Source of the DNA: Burkholderiales bacterium
Lineage (GTDB): Bacteria > Pseudomonadota > Gammaproteobacteria > Burkholderiales > SG8-39
DNA: 64,000 nucleotides
Assembly: GCA_036406675.1 (NCBI GenBank)
Contig: DASXAO010000106.1
Coordinates: 12,042 to 76,041 of the forward strand
Direction of reading: 5' to 3'
This document shows positions 34,904 to 44,031 of the stretch, piece by piece. A program made the position numbers and the translations under genes. Numbering within the stretch: position 1 is the first letter of the stretch; every line of letters begins with the position of its first letter. The notes beneath the pieces are model-generated. The model saw only the letters and a program-made list of their open reading frames with translations, was not told the origin of the DNA and did not search any database.

Positions 34904-35093
34904 CCTGTCCCCGTGGGGCGTGCCGACCGCACACGCGAAAGCGGGGCAGACTAGCCGCTGTCACCGGGCCGGCGCATACCAATTGGGTACAACCGAGGAC
35001 ATGGCGGCTGCGCGACGAAGCGCGCGACGCCGTACCTGTTTGGTATCCCCGTCTTCTTTACCCTGCCGCGCTTTGAACCCTCAGGAAAGACTC

Positions 35094-36059
35094 ATGCTCA
35101 GGACCTTATTCCTGGTCGCAGTCATGTTCGGCGCCGCGGGCGTTTCGGCCGCTGCGGGATACCCGTCGAGGCCAGTCAAAGTGGTCGTCCCGTGGCCACC
35201 GGGCCAGGCGACCGACATTGCCGCGCGCCTGCTAGCGCAGAAGCTGCAGGAGGCTTTCGGCCAGCCGTTCGTCATCGACAACCGCCCCGGCGCGGGAGGC
35301 TCGATCGGCACGGCCATCGCGGCCAAGAGCCCGGCGGACGGCTACACGTTGCTCGCCGCCTCGAGCGGCCCGGTGTCGGTCATGCCGTCTCTGCAGAAGC
35401 TGCCCTACGATCCCGTCAGGGACCTCGTGATGCTCGGGCTCATCTCGCGCAGCCCTTACGTCCTTGTCGTGTCGCCCTCGTTCCCGGCGAAGGATGCGAA
35501 GGAATTCGTCGCACTCCTGCGTGCGAGCCCCGACAAGTACACGTTCGGATCGTCCGGTGCCGGCGCGACCGGCCATCTGCTCGAGGAGCTTTTCAATTCC
35601 ATGACGGGAATCCGGGCGCGCCACGTTCCCTACAAGGGCGCAGGACCCGAGCTCGTCGACGTCATGAACGGCCAGGTGGACTATGCGATCGAGGTGGTCG
35701 CCGCAACCGTCGGCCACGTGCGCGCCGGCCGCCTCAGGGCGCTCGGCGTTTCCACGGCGCGCCGCGCCGCTGCGCTGATGGAAGTACCGACGCTGCAGCA
35801 GGCCGCGGAGCTGCCCGATTACGACATGGGGGTGTGGATCGGACTCGCAGCGCCGTCAAGCCTGCCGCAGGAGGTCTACGAGCGGCTGTCGCGCGAGGTG
35901 CGCAAGGCCATGGCCTCGAAGGACCTGCGCAACCGGTTGCTGGGGGCTGGACTGGATCCGGTGGCGAGCACGCCCGAGGAGCTGCAGACGTTCATCCGGG
36001 CGGAGCAGGAGCGCTACGCCGCCGTCATCCAGAGCGCGAATATCCGCCTGGATCCCTGA
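35094..36059 (+). CDS. Bug/TctC-family tripartite tricarboxylate transporter substrate-binding protein
   Basis: Signal peptide, then YPSRPVKVVVPWPPGQATDIAARLL..IDNRPGAGGSIG. Confidence 0.9.
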   Translation: MLRTLFLVAVMFGAAGVSAAAGYPSRPVKVVVPWPPGQATDIAARLLAQKLQEAFGQPFVIDNRPGAGGSIGTAIAAKSPADGYTLLAASSGPVSVMPSLQKLPYDPVRDLVMLGLISRSPYVLVVSPSFPAKDAKEFVALLRASPDKYTFGSSGAGATGHLLEELFNSMTGIRARHVPYKGAGPELVDVMNGQVDYAIEVVAATVGHVRAGRLRALGVSTARRAAALMEVPTLQQAAELPDYDMGVWIGLAAPSSLPQEVYERLSREVRKAMASKDLRNRLLGAGLDPVASTPEELQTFIRAEQERYAAVIQSANIRLDP

Positions 36060-36259
36060 AAACAAAGGCTTAAGACCAATGCGAGGAAACTGAAGGGACG
36101 CGCGCGCTCCCCTGCGCACGCGCGCGTCCCCGCTTGCTGCCACGCGCCCCCAAGCCTCACGCGAGTCCTCAACGTAAGACTTGGGAACCGCAGTGTCGAG
36201 CGATGCCGCGAATCCTGACGAAGGTTTGCGATTTGCCGAGGATCCGCCGGGCGTGCCGC

Positions 36260-37099
36260 TCAGGTCCCGATCTCGCGCTCCACTTTTCCCGTCTTGATCC
36301 AGGTAATGATCGCCCGGACGACGGCCTCCTCGTTCCCCTGGTGCGAGTGCAGGTGGCCCGCGCCGCAGGGATCGCCCTGAGCCACGCCGCCGTGCACGGT
36401 CACCAGGTTCTCGCCGGCATAAGCCCTCACGGTCGAATAAGGCGTGTGCTCGCAAGCATCCTTTTCGTTGTGAACGTGGAGCACTGGCGCGGCGATGCTG
36501 CCGTAGGAAAAGCCGGAGAGCGAGTTCGCGTGCCCGAACTTGTTGTAGCCGTTCATCGATGAGGAGTGGATGCTGCCGGTGATCTCGCTGCCGAGGTTTT
36601 TCGCCAGCCACCTCGAGCTGATCGTCCCCATGCTGTGACCCATCACGAAGATCCTCGAGTAACCGTACTCGTTTTTGAGCTTGGCGATGACGCTCCTCAC
36701 GTCGTCGGCGTGCTGCTTCGACGACCGGTAGTCGTCCAGGCAGCCTGTCACGCGCGGTCCCCCGGCCGAGCCCCACTGGTCGGTGGGGCAGTCCATGACC
36801 ACCAGCGCGATGCCTTCGTCGGCTAAAAGCTGCTGGTTCTTTCTCATGAAAGGCTGCAGGTTGCGGTCCTTGTCCGCGACGGATTGAATCCTCGCGATTC
36901 CCGGGTAGCCGCGGAAATACAGGAGCGCCGTGTCGCTGGGCTTGGCTGGCCTGGCGAGGATCGCCCGCTGGAACACGGCGGATTTCTTGAACACCCCCTC
37001 CGTGCGTCCGGTGTCGATCTCGATCAGGATGTCGGTCGTCTGCGCTTGCGCGAGCGAGACGCCAAAGACCAGCGCAACGGCTGGAAGTACTCTTCTCAT
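36260..37099 (-). CDS. Secreted alpha/beta hydrolase
   Basis: Signal peptide ..SLAQAQ and nucleophile elbow VMGHSMGT. The SD GAGGGGGA lies upstream. Confidence 0.75.
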   Translation of the reverse strand: MRRVLPAVALVFGVSLAQAQTTDILIEIDTGRTEGVFKKSAVFQRAILARPAKPSDTALLYFRGYPGIARIQSVADKDRNLQPFMRKNQQLLADEGIALVVMDCPTDQWGSAGGPRVTGCLDDYRSSKQHADDVRSVIAKLKNEYGYSRIFVMGHSMGTISSRWLAKNLGSEITGSIHSSSMNGYNKFGHANSLSGFSYGSIAAPVLHVHNEKDACEHTPYSTVRAYAGENLVTVHGGVAQGDPCGAGHLHSHQGNEEAVVRAIITWIKTGKVEREIGT

Positions 37100-37810
37100 A
37101 TGTCCCCCTCGTTCCGGAGCGGAATATTAGCCCTCGCCGCGGCACCGGTCATCGCCGCCGCCGCGCCGAACGAGATCAGGGTGTTCACCGACGAGCTGGC
37201 GCGCTATCGCGAGCACACGCTCGAGGTGCACGTCAACAAGGCGAGCAGCGCCGGGCCGAAAGCCGAGAATCAGGCTACGCCGCTGCAGATCATGCCGGAG
37301 TACTCCTACGGCCTGCGGCGCAACTGGGAGCTCAGCTTCCAGCTTCCTTTCGTCATCGACGCAGGCTCGAACGACCTCGTCGGATACCGGGGCGAGCTCC
37401 AGTACGTGGCGCCTCACGACGAAGACGAGGGATTCTACTGGGGCTTCAACTTCGAGCTGGCGCGCAACGAGCCGCCCGGGGAGGCGTCGTTCTCGAGCGC
37501 AGAGCTCATCCCGATCCTGGGATACCGCGCGGGCCGCTGGCACTTCGTCGCGAATCCCGGCGCCGACAAGCAGCTTTCGGGGAGCTCGCGCGCCACGACT
37601 TTCCAGCCCGCGGCGAAAATCGCGTATCAGGCGTTCGGATGGAATTCCTTCGGCCTCGAGTATTTCGGCGGCGAGCAGAGCCGCGTTCTCTACGCCGCGT
37701 GGGACGGCAAGCTCGGGAAGTCGGAGTTCAACCTCGGCATCGGCCGCGGATTCACCGACGCGTCGGATCGCTGGGTGCTCAAGATGATCGTCGAGTTCGC
37801 CTTTCGCTGA
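37100..37810 (+). CDS. Putative secreted/outer-membrane beta-barrel-like protein (family uncertain)
   Basis: MSPSFRSGILALAAAPVIAAAAP looks like a signal peptide. Alternating amphipathic strands (WELSFQLPF, FYWGFNFEL, WNSFGLEYF). No recognisable SD. Confidence 0.5.
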   Translation: MSPSFRSGILALAAAPVIAAAAPNEIRVFTDELARYREHTLEVHVNKASSAGPKAENQATPLQIMPEYSYGLRRNWELSFQLPFVIDAGSNDLVGYRGELQYVAPHDEDEGFYWGFNFELARNEPPGEASFSSAELIPILGYRAGRWHFVANPGADKQLSGSSRATTFQPAAKIAYQAFGWNSFGLEYFGGEQSRVLYAAWDGKLGKSEFNLGIGRGFTDASDRWVLKMIVEFAFR

Positions 37811-37812
37811 CG

Positions 37813-38847
37813 CTACGGCGCTGCCAGGCTGGAGCCGAGCCACTTGAGCACCTGGTCGGCGACCTGAAGGTTGTTCTTGTCCATCATCATCATGTGGCTG
37901 TTGCCCTTGATGCCGGCGTCGGGCAGGAGAAGAAGCGAAGCGCGGCCGCCGGCCGCCTTGATCGCGTTCACCGCGGCGAGGCAACCGTCGCGCCGCTTGT
38001 CGCCGTTCACGGTGTCCTTGGCGCCGACGCTGTTGTCGCCCCACAGCGAGAGCATCGGCACGGACTTGAACCGCGCGGCATCGGCGGACTGAAAGGTATC
38101 GCAGCCGCCTTCGACGCTGACGAGCGCTCGCACCCGGCTCGCGCGCTTGCGCACCACGTCGAGCCCGTAGACGCCGGACTGCGAGTGCACCACCACGACC
38201 GCCGGACCGATCTTGTCGAGCAGCGCCGCCAGGGCGTCGACGGTGTTGGCGCCCATCCCGGCGAGCGTGGTCTCTGCATTCGGCACCAGTTGCGCCGTGT
38301 ATTGCTCCATCGCCTCCAATGGGAACTGCAGTCCGGGGAACGGCACGCCGTAGGAGGGTCCGAGGCGGAAGTTGAGCCACGCACGCTCCTGCGTGGCGAG
38401 GAAGAGCGTCGGCAGCGACGCCGGATTGGCACCGGGCTGATCGCGCACGAGATTGACCGGCGTAGGATCGAAGCCGGAGCGTCCGCGTCCGGAGTGGTCG
38501 ACGACGTAGACGGGATAGCCCTTGCGCAGAAAATAGGTCGCCCAGCCCTCGCGGCCGTCGGGCGTGGTTTCGTAGGTCACGCCGGAATGATTCGAGCCGT
38601 GGACCAGCACGAGCGCAGGCCCCTTCGCCGCTGCCGGGATGCGGTAGTGGACATACATCTGGTTCACGGTGATGCGGCCCGGCGCCGCAGGACCGGTGAC
38701 GAGCGATGCGCCGGGATGCTGCGACACGACGACCTTGCCGTTGACGAAGAAGCTGCCCTCGTCTTCCAGCGTCAGCGGCCCGCCGAGCGTGCCGCCGAAG
38801 GCGCTGCAGGAAACGGATGCGGCGAGAAGCACGAAATATGTTTTCAT
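37813..38847 (-). CDS. Secreted alpha/beta hydrolase (esterase-like)
   Basis: Signal peptide MKTYFVLLAASVSCSAFG, oxyanion-hole-like LVLVHGSNHSG, and nucleophile VVVHSQSG. Confidence 0.75.
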   Translation of the reverse strand: MKTYFVLLAASVSCSAFGGTLGGPLTLEDEGSFFVNGKVVVSQHPGASLVTGPAAPGRITVNQMYVHYRIPAAAKGPALVLVHGSNHSGVTYETTPDGREGWATYFLRKGYPVYVVDHSGRGRSGFDPTPVNLVRDQPGANPASLPTLFLATQERAWLNFRLGPSYGVPFPGLQFPLEAMEQYTAQLVPNAETTLAGMGANTVDALAALLDKIGPAVVVVHSQSGVYGLDVVRKRASRVRALVSVEGGCDTFQSADAARFKSVPMLSLWGDNSVGAKDTVNGDKRRDGCLAAVNAIKAAGGRASLLLLPDAGIKGNSHMMMMDKNNLQVADQVLKWLGSSLAAP

Positions 38848-38922
38848 GGCCGGAAACCTCCCATGTCGATCCGGATCGGCGCCGTTCGACTATAGGGTAG
38901 GTCACCTCAAAGGAGAAGCACC

Positions 38923-39369
38923 ATGCCAGGAAACACCATCCGTCTTCACCGCGTGCTCCGCGGAACCCCCCAACGCGTCTACCGCGCCTTCCTCGACCCC
39001 GACGCCATGGCGAAATGGCTTCCGCCGAACGGCTTTACCGGCAAGGTGCACGAGATCGATGCACGGGTCGGCGGCACCCACAGGATGTCGTTCACCAACT
39101 TCAGCACCGGGGCGAGCCACTCCTTCGGCGGCCGCTACCTCGAGCTCAAGCCGAACGAACGGCTTCGCTACACCGACAAGTTCGACGATCCGAACCCGCC
39201 GGGGGAAATGACGGTCACGGTGACGCTGAAGGCCGTTTCCTGCGGCACCGAGCTCAGCGTCGTGCAGGAGGGCGTGCCGGAAGTTATTCCGGTCGAGGCG
39301 TGTTATCTCGGGTGGCAGGAGTCGCTCGATGCGCTGGCGAGGCTCGTAGATCCGGAAATTCCGGGCTAG
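38923..39369 (+). CDS. SRPBCC/AHSA1-family protein
   Basis: IRLHRVLRGTPQRVYRAFLDPDAMAKWLPP..GGTHRMSF. Confidence 0.8.
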   Translation: MPGNTIRLHRVLRGTPQRVYRAFLDPDAMAKWLPPNGFTGKVHEIDARVGGTHRMSFTNFSTGASHSFGGRYLELKPNERLRYTDKFDDPNPPGEMTVTVTLKAVSCGTELSVVQEGVPEVIPVEACYLGWQESLDALARLVDPEIPG

Positions 39370-39416
39370 AACCGTTTCTCGGGCGGGTTGGGATAGGCTT
39401 GGCCCCTGGGGTACTT

Positions 39417-39785
39417 GTGTCCTACCAGCTCACGATCGAAGAACGGCCAACGTACGTGTACGCCCGCGTGGACGGCGACCTGACGCCCGCGAACGCGCTC
39501 AGGTTCCTGGAGGACGCCCATGCGGCGTGCGTGAGGTACGGCCGGGCTTCGGTCCTGCTGGACATGCAGCTCCGCGGCCCTAACATGCCCACAACCAGCG
39601 TCTACGAAGTCATTTCGCAGCGCGCAGCCGATGGCAGCAAGCTGCGCAAGATTGCCTATGTCCCGTACGACAGCGGCGATCCATCGATGGCCCATTTCGC
39701 CGAAACCGTCGCGCTCAACCGCGGCGTGAACGTGCGGCTCTTCGACAGCGTCGCCGCGGCCGAAAGCTGGCTCTCGGAGCCCTAG
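39417..39785 (+). CDS. Hypothetical protein (STAS/SpoIIAA-like fold suspected)
   Basis: GTG 39417 lies within ORF 39015..39785. The coding-like sequence reads SYQLTIEERPTYVYARVDGDLTPANALRFLEDAHAACV. No diagnostic motif. Confidence 0.45.
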   Translation: MSYQLTIEERPTYVYARVDGDLTPANALRFLEDAHAACVRYGRASVLLDMQLRGPNMPTTSVYEVISQRAADGSKLRKIAYVPYDSGDPSMAHFAETVALNRGVNVRLFDSVAAAESWLSEP

Positions 39786-40732
39786 TCCATCTGCAGCCCG
39801 AACTCGCGCACGATACGAGCGGTCTGCTCGTAGGTCTCGTGCAGGACCCGGTCGAGCTCCTCGGGCGTGGAGGACACCGCGACCGAGCCGGCCTTCTCGA
39901 TGAGGTCGCGGTATTCGGGCGACTTGACGATGGCTCCGACCTGCCGGTTGAGGAGCGCAATCGCCGGCTGCGGCGTGCCGGCGCCGCCGCAGACGCCGAG
40001 CCAGCCGAAGCGCACGAAGGCGAGCCCCTTCTCGGTCAGCGTCGGTATTTGCGGCGCGGCGGCGAGGCGCTCGGCGCTCGTGACGGCGAGGACTCGCAGC
40101 CGTCCGGCCTTGTACTGCGGCAGGACGTTGAGCGTCGGCGAAACGTAGAGGTGCACCCGGCCCGCCATGAGGTCGTTCACCGCATCGGCGCCGCCCTTGT
40201 ACGGAATGCCCGTCAGACTGATTCCGGCGGCTTTCGCGAGCTCGAGGGCGAGCACTTCCTGGGCCGAGCCGCGGCCGATCGTGCCGTAGTTGAGCTTGCC
40301 GGGGTTGGCGCGCGCGTAGGCGATGAACCCTTCGAGATCCTGCGCCGGAACCTCGTTGGAGAGCGCCACCGCGTAGTAGTAGCGCGAGATCTGGCTGATC
40401 GGCGCGAGGTCGGAAAGCTTGTACGCGACGTTCTTGTACACCGCCGCGTTGATCGACTCGAAATGCGTGCAGAGGAGCAGGTTGTACCCGTCCCTCGGCT
40501 TGGCGAGGACGTCCTGCGTGGCGATCTGTCCGCCCGCGCCCGGACGGTTCTCGACGATCACGCGCTGGCCGAGGGCGGTCCCGAGCCGATCGGCGATGAA
40601 CCGCGCCGGCAGGTCGGTCGGCCCGCCGGCGCTGAACCCGACCACGAGCCTCACAGGCTTGTCCGGATAGCCGGTCTGCCCATGCACTCCCGTCGCGAAG
40701 ACGGCGAGCGCCAAGGCTGGAATAAACTTCAT
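39782..40732 (-). CDS. Bug/TctC-family substrate-binding protein
   Basis: Signal peptide, then YPDKPVRLVVGFSAGGPTDLPARFIADRL..ENRPGAGGQIA. Confidence 0.9.
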   Translation of the reverse strand: MKFIPALALAVFATGVHGQTGYPDKPVRLVVGFSAGGPTDLPARFIADRLGTALGQRVIVENRPGAGGQIATQDVLAKPRDGYNLLLCTHFESINAAVYKNVAYKLSDLAPISQISRYYYAVALSNEVPAQDLEGFIAYARANPGKLNYGTIGRGSAQEVLALELAKAAGISLTGIPYKGGADAVNDLMAGRVHLYVSPTLNVLPQYKAGRLRVLAVTSAERLAAAPQIPTLTEKGLAFVRFGWLGVCGGAGTPQPAIALLNRQVGAIVKSPEYRDLIEKAGSVAVSSTPEELDRVLHETYEQTARIVREFGLQMD

Positions 40733-40734
40733 TC

Positions 40735-41910
40735 ATGAAGACTAGCACCGATCGCATTCGCACTACCCACACAGGGAGCCTTCCGCGGCCGGCCGACATG
40801 CTGGCGGCACTCCACGCGCGCTTCGAAGGCGGCAGCGTCGACGAAGCGGCGTACGAGAAAGCCCTCGCGAGGAACGTGCGCGAGATCGTGCGCAGGCAGG
40901 TCGAGGCGGGCATCGACATCGTGAGCGACGGCGAGTGCAGCAAGCCGAGCTTCATGGCCTACCGCGCCGAGCGCATCGGCGGCTTCGAGCCGCGCATCCC
41001 GAAGGGCGGCATGCCGGCGCCGGGGCCGGTCGATCCCAACGGCCGCGACGCGACCCAGTTTCCGGAGTACTACCGAAAGGTGCAGGAGCACAGCCCGTTC
41101 GCGAACACGGTGCGCGTCGCGCCGCGCGTGTGCGTGGCGCCGATCCGCTACGTCGGCCACGAGTTCCTGCAGCGCGATCTCGCCAACCTGAGAGAGGCCA
41201 TGGCGCAAGCCCGCGCCGAGGAAGGCTTCATGCCTTCGGCGAGCCCCATCCCGGGCGACGCGAACGAGCACTACAAATCGGAAGCCGAGTACTTCCAGGC
41301 GCACGGCGAAGCGATGCGGGAGGAGTACAAGGCGATCCTCGACGCCGGCCTATACCTCCAGATCGACGATCCGAGGATGGTGAGCTCGTGGGACTCGCGC
41401 AAGGACATGGACCTCGCGCAGTACCGCGCCTGGATGCAGAAGCGCATCGAACACCTTAACCACGCGCTGCGCGGCTTTCCGGAGGAACGCATCCGGTACC
41501 ACACCTGCTACGGCGTCAACTTCGGCCCGCGCCTGTCCGACCTGCAGCTCGAGCAGGTGCTCGACCTCATCCTCACGATCCGCGCCGGGGCGTACTCCTT
41601 CGAGGCCGCCAACCCGCGGCACGAGCACGAGTGGCGCGTCGTGCAGAGGCTCAAGCTGCCCGAAGGCAAGAAGCTGATCCCGGGCGCGGTGACGCACTCG
41701 AACGTGACCATCGAGCACTCCGAGGGCGTCGCCGACCGCATCGAGCGCTGGGCGAAGGCGGCTGGGCGCGAGAACGTCATGTTCGGCAACGACTGCGGCT
41801 TCGCCTCAACAGCGGGAAATACCGAGATCCCCGAAGCCGTCGCCTGGGCGAAGCTCAAGGCGCTCGGCGACGGTGCCCGGATCGCTTCGCGACGGCTGTG
41901 GCCTGACTAG
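40735..41910 (+). CDS. Cobalamin-independent methionine synthase II family (MetE C-terminal-like) protein
   Basis: The N-terminus [12 protein letters not shown] is typical of this family. 391 aa. Confidence 0.75.
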   Translation: MKTSTDRIRTTHTGSLPRPADMLAALHARFEGGSVDEAAYEKALARNVREIVRRQVEAGIDIVSDGECSKPSFMAYRAERIGGFEPRIPKGGMPAPGPVDPNGRDATQFPEYYRKVQEHSPFANTVRVAPRVCVAPIRYVGHEFLQRDLANLREAMAQARAEEGFMPSASPIPGDANEHYKSEAEYFQAHGEAMREEYKAILDAGLYLQIDDPRMVSSWDSRKDMDLAQYRAWMQKRIEHLNHALRGFPEERIRYHTCYGVNFGPRLSDLQLEQVLDLILTIRAGAYSFEAANPRHEHEWRVVQRLKLPEGKKLIPGAVTHSNVTIEHSEGVADRIERWAKAAGRENVMFGNDCGFASTAGNTEIPEAVAWAKLKALGDGARIASRRLWPD

Positions 41911-42680
41911 GCCGCGAGGCTCGCGTTCGTCAGGTCCGTGACCAGCATGTGACCCGGCGAATGGGTGATGCAGAACGAGGGCTTCGCCTCGAGCACCACC
42001 GACTGCGGCGTGATGCCGCAGGCCCAGAAAAGCGGCAGCTCGTCCGCGCGCACTTCGGTCGGGTCTCCTGCCCAGGGCTTATCCAGATTTTCGATCCCGA
42101 TCACCTCCGGAAATCCCACGTGGACCGGCGAGCCGTGCACGCGCGGGTAGCGCGAGGTGATCTCGATCGCGCGGATGGCATCAGCGGGCTTGAAAGGCCG
42201 CATCGACACCACGAGCTTGCCGCGGAAGGGACCGGCGGGCACGGTGTCGACGCTGGTGCGATACATCGGCACGTTCGTCCCCTGCTCGACATAGCGCAGC
42301 CGGAGGCCCGCCGCCATCAGCGCTTCCTCGAAGGAGAACGAGCACCCGAGGACGAACGTGACGAGATCATCGCGCCAGAGGTCGCGTAGATCCGTCACAT
42401 CGCCTGCCTGCGTGCCGTTCCTGAAAATCCGGTATTGGGGTACATCGGTGCGGATGTCCAGATCCTCACCGAGCTCCGGCAGGCGTGGATCGCCGGGCGC
42501 CGACATGGCGAGAAGCGGGCAGGGCTTCGGGTTCGCTTCGCAGAAGGCGCGAAAGTCCTCGGCGTATTGCCGCGGCAGGATACAGACGTTCCCTTGCACG
42601 TAGCCGCGCGCAAGCCCGGCGGTGTTCCTGCGATGGCGCCCTGCGCGGATCGCCCTGCGAACTTCTTTCGGGTCGTTCAT
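41907..42680 (-). CDS. DUF1445 putative hydro-lyase (D-glutamate cyclase-like)
   Basis: [31 protein letters not shown]. 257 aa. Confidence 0.75.
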   Translation of the reverse strand: MNDPKEVRRAIRAGRHRRNTAGLARGYVQGNVCILPRQYAEDFRAFCEANPKPCPLLAMSAPGDPRLPELGEDLDIRTDVPQYRIFRNGTQAGDVTDLRDLWRDDLVTFVLGCSFSFEEALMAAGLRLRYVEQGTNVPMYRTSVDTVPAGPFRGKLVVSMRPFKPADAIRAIEITSRYPRVHGSPVHVGFPEVIGIENLDKPWAGDPTEVRADELPLFWACGITPQSVVLEAKPSFCITHSPGHMLVTDLTNASLAA

Positions 42681-43973
42681 TTACAGATCCGTGAGCGCCA
42701 TGCCTTCGGGTTGAGATGTCGTGGTGCGTACGCGAGGCGAGCGCTTGTGGAACTTGCCGTCCTTCATGATCATCGCCAGCCGGTCCTGGTCCTGCAGCAC
42801 GCGCACGTCGCGCGTCGGGTCGCCGTCCACGAGGAGCAGGTCGGCGAGATAGCCGGGCTTCACCTGGCCGAGGAGCTCGCCGCGTCCCATCAGCTCGCCG
42901 CCGAGCTTGGTCGCGGCGACCAGCGCTTCGGTGGGCGTATAGCCGAGCAGCTCGACGAACCACTGCAGGTCGCGCGCGTTGCGCCCGATCGGATTGTAGG
43001 GGAAGCCGTAGTCGCCGCCCGGCAGCACGCGGATGCCGCGCCTGCGCATCTTCGGGTAGAGCCTCTGCATGCGCTCGAGGGTGAAAGGCGCGCCGAGCTT
43101 CTCGGCCGCCTCGCGCGTGATGCCGAAAGACTCCGCCTCGTAGGTCCGGGCGTACATGAGCCCGATCGCGGGCGCCACGAAAAGCTCGTCCTTCTTCTCT
43201 TCCAGCAGGTCGAGCGCTTCTTCGTCGGCGTGGCTGCAGTGGTAGAGGATGCGAAAGCCGTGCTTCGCCCCGAGCTTCACCGCCTGCGCCGCCTGCGCGT
43301 GGCAGGCGAGGAAAAGTCCGGATTCGCGCGCCTGCGCGCCGATGGCGGCGACCTCGTCCTCGGTGTAGGTGAGCTGCTGCGAGCCGCCCGGCGTGAACGC
43401 CTCGTCGCTCGAGAGCAGGAACTTGATCGAGTCGACGCCCGCTTTCGCCATCTCGCGCACGTAGGCGCGCATCGCCTCCGGGCCGCGCACGTGCGCGGCG
43501 CCTTCGTCCGCCTTCAGTCCGAGCGCGCCGTCGGGCAGCCGCTCGAGCGACGAGGCGCGCAGCCTCGGCCCGGGGATCCAGCCGCCGTTGATTTCCTCGC
43601 GCAATGCGATCTCGAAGCGCGGCCCGAGCGAGCCGGCCGAATAGGCGCTGGTGAACCCGGCATCGAGCGTGACCCTCGCGTTCCTGGCCGTGACCAGCAG
43701 GTGCTCCTCAGGCGGGAGCACCATGGCGTTGATGATGCGGCCGACCGACGAGGGCCACGACAGGTGCGCGTGCGCCTCGACCAGCCCCGGCAGCAAGGTT
43801 GCGCCGCCGCAATCGATCGCCTCGGCGTTCTGGCGCTCGAGGCGCTTGCCCGGCTCGCTCACCGCTTCGATGCGGTTGCCCCTGACGCGGACCTCTCCCG
43901 AAAACGGCGGTCGGCCCGTGCCGTCGAACACTTGCGCGTTGGTGAACAACATGGCTGCCACGGCCGGGCTCAT
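42681..43973 (-). CDS. Amidohydrolase-family metallo-hydrolase
   Basis: NAQVFDGTG..IDCGGATLLPGLVEAHAHLSW carries the HxH metal site. The RBS GGAGAG lies before ATG 43973. The stop abuts the DUF1445 start. Confidence 0.85.
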   Translation of the reverse strand: MSPAVAAMLFTNAQVFDGTGRPPFSGEVRVRGNRIEAVSEPGKRLERQNAEAIDCGGATLLPGLVEAHAHLSWPSSVGRIINAMVLPPEEHLLVTARNARVTLDAGFTSAYSAGSLGPRFEIALREEINGGWIPGPRLRASSLERLPDGALGLKADEGAAHVRGPEAMRAYVREMAKAGVDSIKFLLSSDEAFTPGGSQQLTYTEDEVAAIGAQARESGLFLACHAQAAQAVKLGAKHGFRILYHCSHADEEALDLLEEKKDELFVAPAIGLMYARTYEAESFGITREAAEKLGAPFTLERMQRLYPKMRRRGIRVLPGGDYGFPYNPIGRNARDLQWFVELLGYTPTEALVAATKLGGELMGRGELLGQVKPGYLADLLLVDGDPTRDVRVLQDQDRLAMIMKDGKFHKRSPRVRTTTSQPEGMALTDL

Positions 43974-44031
43974 GGGTCTCTCCGGAAAAGCGCTTCGGTT
44001 AATATATTCGATCCAAAGGAGGAGAGACATC

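Noticed and set aside
30978-34982. 1334-aa minus-strand ORF opposite the STAND-SARP regulator and running through the TauE region.
   Set aside because: Same high-GC antisense artefact, with Arg/Pro/Ala-rich sequence and no domain signatures. The sense-strand protein has clear Walker A, TPR-like and SARP features.
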